This document shows, piece by piece, positions 61,211 through 64,000 of a stretch of DNA of 64,000 nt. The position numbers were made by a program, and so were the translations under genes. The DNA is taken from NCBI GenBank assembly GCA_964595365.1, contig CAZQQC010000001.1:34238-98237 (forward strand). Direction: 5' to 3'. The DNA comes from an uncultured Melioribacter sp. Lineage in GTDB: Bacteria > Bacteroidota > Ignavibacteria > Ignavibacteriales > Melioribacteraceae. The first letter of the stretch is position 1. Every line of letters begins with the position of its first letter. The notes below the pieces were generated by a model, which had not been told where the DNA came from, made no database searches, and saw only the letters and a list, made by a program, of their open reading frames with translations.

Positions 61211-62311
61211 TTAGAATACTTCCGCTAATTTAATCGCCCGTTCGGCTATTTCTTTTGCAGCAAACGGTTTTGCGAACCCGGAAATATTTTTTTTCAATTT
61301 TTCCTGACGGGCTTCGTTGAACAACAATTTATTCACAACAGATAAGAATTCCGTTTCAATATTTTTATCTTCGATTAATTCTGCAGCGTTAGCTTCTTTC
61401 AGTGCTTTTGCATTTAGATACTGATGATTAGCTGCAACATTCGGCGATGGAACGAAAACAACCGGTAGCGCGAGATGCGAAATCTCGGCAATCGTTGTTG
61501 CACCGGCACGCGCAAGTACTACATCGCACGCAGAATATGCGGTCGACATGTCTCTTGTAAACGGTATCACTTTTACAAAATCGTTTTCGAGATTTTTGTA
61601 TCGATCAAAGTAAGATTGTCCCGTCTGCCAGATTACCTGAATTCCATTTTCGTTTAATCCTTTTATATTTCGTGCTACAGCTCGATTAATCGAGAGCGCG
61701 CCACCACTTCCGCCAATTATCAACAAAACTTTCTTTGAAGGATTCAGACCAAAACTTTTTTTGGCGTTCGATTTGTCCCCCAGTTTTAAGTTCACCCTTA
61801 CCGGATTGCCGGTAACTTTTAATTTCGATTGATTGCGGAAATATTTTTTCGATTTTTCAAACATAAGGTGAATTTCATCCGCTTTTTTTTCGAGCACTCT
61901 GTTCGTAACACCGGGGTAACTATTCTGTTCGAGCAAAATTACTTTAGCTCCCAGCACCGATGCCGCCCAAATAACAGGACCGGAAACGTATGCACCACTT
62001 CCTATTGCAACGCGCGGTTTGAATGAGAAACAGATTGCCAACGATTGAATTGCAGCAATAAAAACTTTTAACGGAAAAAGAATACTGCTCATGTTCAGCC
62101 TTCTTGAAAAACCGCTTATCCATATTGATTTGAAGTCAAATTTGTATTCGGGAACGATGCGGGATTCAATTTTGCTTTTTGCACCTATAAATAAAATTTC
62201 CGATTCCGGTTTCATAATCTGAATTTGCTGGGCTACTGCAATCGCGGGATACAAATGCCCGCCGGTTCCGCCACCGGCAAATACAAAACGGTATGGAATT
62301 TTACCTGTCAT
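61211..62311 (-). CDS. murG: UDP-GlcNAc:undecaprenyl-PP-MurNAc-pentapeptide GlcNAc transferase
   Basis: 366 aa. FAGGGTGGHLYPAIAVA and RAGATTIAE. Confidence 0.95.
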   Translation of the reverse strand: MTGKIPYRFVFAGGGTGGHLYPAIAVAQQIQIMKPESEILFIGAKSKIESRIVPEYKFDFKSIWISGFSRRLNMSSILFPLKVFIAAIQSLAICFSFKPRVAIGSGAYVSGPVIWAASVLGAKVILLEQNSYPGVTNRVLEKKADEIHLMFEKSKKYFRNQSKLKVTGNPVRVNLKLGDKSNAKKSFGLNPSKKVLLIIGGSGGALSINRAVARNIKGLNENGIQVIWQTGQSYFDRYKNLENDFVKVIPFTRDMSTAYSACDVVLARAGATTIAEISHLALPVVFVPSPNVAANHQYLNAKALKEANAAELIEDKNIETEFLSVVNKLLFNEARQEKLKKNISGFAKPFAAKEIAERAIKLAEVF

Positions 62312-63420
62312 CCTACCTGCGCAATTTTAAGTTCGGTTGTTTTTACAGTTTGTCTTCCTACATTCACAATTATTCCAATTGATACTGCAAAAAGAATTAT
62401 TGATGTTCCGCCAAAACTTATGAATGGAAGCGTGATGCCTGTTGTTGGCAGCAAGCCGGTTACAACCCCCGCATTTATAAATGCACTTATTATTATATTG
62501 AATCCCAATCCCAGAACGAGAAGCTGACCGAATTTGTCCTGTGCTTTTTTTGCTATGACGAGACAAGTGAGAAACAGAACGAGATACAAAAACAAAATTG
62601 TGGCTGCGCCAACAAATCCCATCTGTTCGCCAAGAATTGAAAAAATAAAATCGCCGTATGATTCCGGGAGGAATAAATCACTTTGCCGGCTGTGTCCTAG
62701 TCCAACTCCTAAAAATCCTCCGCTGCCTAATGCAATCTTTGCCTGCTTAACCTGAATGTTAATGTCGCCGCCGTTAATCAAACTTTCGATAAAAGTGATT
62801 ACCCTTTCGCGCGAATGTTTGAACAACATGATTACACCGCCAACAGCAAAGCCCGCAGAAAAAATTACTCCGAAGACGTGTTTCAATTTTGCGCCGCCGG
62901 AAAACAAAAGAGCAAAAGCGGTTATTGCAATAATAACACTTGTGCTTACATTCGGCTGAATCAAAACCAATCCGCTAATTATTCCAATCCATATCAGCGG
63001 AAACATGAACCCTTTTTTGAAATCTTTCAGGTCGTCACCCATTCTCTCTATCATCATTGCCAGATGCATAATTAAAATAACTTTCGCTGCTTCAGACGGC
63101 TGAAATTGAATGAACCCGAGATCAATCCATCTTGAAGCACCTTTTACTTTCGGAGCGAACAAAAACGTTAACACTAAAACTGTAATGATTAAGAACATAA
63201 GTTTTTTGCTGTGGTTGCGGTATTTGTCGTAAGGAATCAGAGAGAACACAACCATCGCAATGATTGCAGCAATTACTTTCCACAAGTGCAGCTTGAACAA
63301 GAAATACAAATTATTGAATCGCATCAGGCTGTATGTTCCGCTTGCTGTCAATACCATAATGGAACCGAGCGCAATCAGTATCACTACAAAAATTATCAAT
63401 ATTTTGACAAGCGTATTCAT
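62308..63420 (-). CDS. ftsW: SEDS-family peptidoglycan glycosyltransferase FtsW
   Basis: 370 aa, 10-TM SEDS pattern (IQFQPSEAAKV, LPESYGDFIFS, TGITLPFISFGGTS), with dcw cluster context. Confidence 0.9.
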   Translation of the reverse strand: MNTLVKILIIFVVILIALGSIMVLTASGTYSLMRFNNLYFLFKLHLWKVIAAIIAMVVFSLIPYDKYRNHSKKLMFLIITVLVLTFLFAPKVKGASRWIDLGFIQFQPSEAAKVILIMHLAMMIERMGDDLKDFKKGFMFPLIWIGIISGLVLIQPNVSTSVIIAITAFALLFSGGAKLKHVFGVIFSAGFAVGGVIMLFKHSRERVITFIESLINGGDINIQVKQAKIALGSGGFLGVGLGHSRQSDLFLPESYGDFIFSILGEQMGFVGAATILFLYLVLFLTCLVIAKKAQDKFGQLLVLGLGFNIIISAFINAGVVTGLLPTTGITLPFISFGGTSIILFAVSIGIIVNVGRQTVKTTELKIAQVG

Positions 63421-64000
63421 TAAACTAATTTGTTTACCGCTTCTTTAAAAACTTTTCCGCGATGTTCGTAATTGTCGAACATGTCGAAGCTTGCGCATGC
63501 CGGTGATAGAAGAACAATCGCTCCCTTCTCAGCTTCTATTCTGCCCGAGTTCACACAACTTTCTATCGAGTCTTTGATTTCGGTAGGAACAATTGTATGG
63601 AAGTAATCGTAAACTTTTTGTGCAGATGAACCGATCGCGTAAATCTTCTTCACATTCTTCTTAACTAACTCTTTCAAGCGTTCGTAATCGTTCCCCTTGT
63701 CTTTTCCACCAAGAATTAAATAGAGAGGTTTATCAAAACTTCTTAGCGCATACCAAACCGAATCAACATTTGTCGCTTTAGAATCGTTAACAAATTCTAC
63801 ACCGTTAAGCTCGCGCACAAATTCGAGACGGTGTTCAACGCCTTTAAATGAAGAAAATGCGTCACGTATTTTTTGATCCGGTATGGATAGAAGTTTTGCA
63901 ACGGCAAGCACCGAAAGGGCATTTGCCAAATTGTGTTCGCCTTTGATATAGAGATCTGTGACCGATGCAACGGCATCAACCTTTCCAGACCAGGCAAAGA
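63420..64000 (-). CDS. murD: UDP-N-acetylmuramoylalanine--D-glutamate ligase, C-terminal part (gene continues past the right edge)
   Basis: The track ORF begins at an internal TTG. My translation stays open to position 64000 (...FAWSGKVDAVASVTDLYIKGEHNLANALSVLAVAKLL...), giving the Mur ligase GxHN motif and the C-terminal domain. Confidence 0.85.
   Translation of the reverse strand, partial: FAWSGKVDAVASVTDLYIKGEHNLANALSVLAVAKLLSIPDQKIRDAFSSFKGVEHRLEFVRELNGVEFVNDSKATNVDSVWYALRSFDKPLYLILGGKDKGNDYERLKELVKKNVKKIYAIGSSAQKVYDYFHTIVPTEIKDSIESCVNSGRIEAEKGAIVLLSPACASFDMFDNYEHRGKVFKEAVNKLV

Overview
AT-rich bacterial chromosomal segment that is almost entirely core housekeeping. About 56 well-supported protein genes plus one frameshifted pseudogene all lie on the minus strand. 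The only confident plus-strand gene is an initiator tRNA-fMet. Recognisable blocks from left to right:
- Envelope and LPS genes: nadK, GT2, an O-antigen-ligase-like pair, an MsbA-like ABC exporter.
- xerD, a PgpH-like HD phosphohydrolase, a STAS protein, ligA, a RodZ-like protein, rsmB, rpmE.
- An ECF sigma factor with a putative anti-sigma, then holA, a cyclophilin, uppP, lolA, ftsK, comB, gcvT, fsa, rng, dus.
- The classic rimP-nusA-infB-rbfA-truB-ribF-rpsO-pnp superoperon, read right to left.
- proC, a SIMPL protein, hemW, recN, purL.
- The distal dcw cluster: murD (partial), ftsW, murG, murC, ftsQ, ftsA, ftsZ.

A T9SS-type C-terminal sorting domain, the gene order and the AT-rich composition suggest an FCB-group (Ignavibacteria/Bacteroidota-like) organism. 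That is inference only.

I could not identify a clear multi-gene novel system such as a defence island, CRISPR array or mobile element with an integrase. The least ordinary places are:
1. The left-end accessory patch (1-4415). It has a markedly G+C-rich lipoprotein gene bracketed by an inverted 14-15 nt repeat and followed by a 115-nt nested inverted-repeat element and short leader ORFs.
2. The tRNA-fMet neighbourhood (48.8-52.7 kb). It has a near-consensus promoter with a long leader, a decayed tRNA-like fragment, orphan small ORFs, a YD-repeat/beta-CASP gene pair and a hemerythrin-like pseudogene.
3. A structured 300-nt spacer between ftsZ and purL.
4. An 18-mer shared by the hemW and purL upstream regions.

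All functional calls come from motif recognition by eye; no database searches were run.
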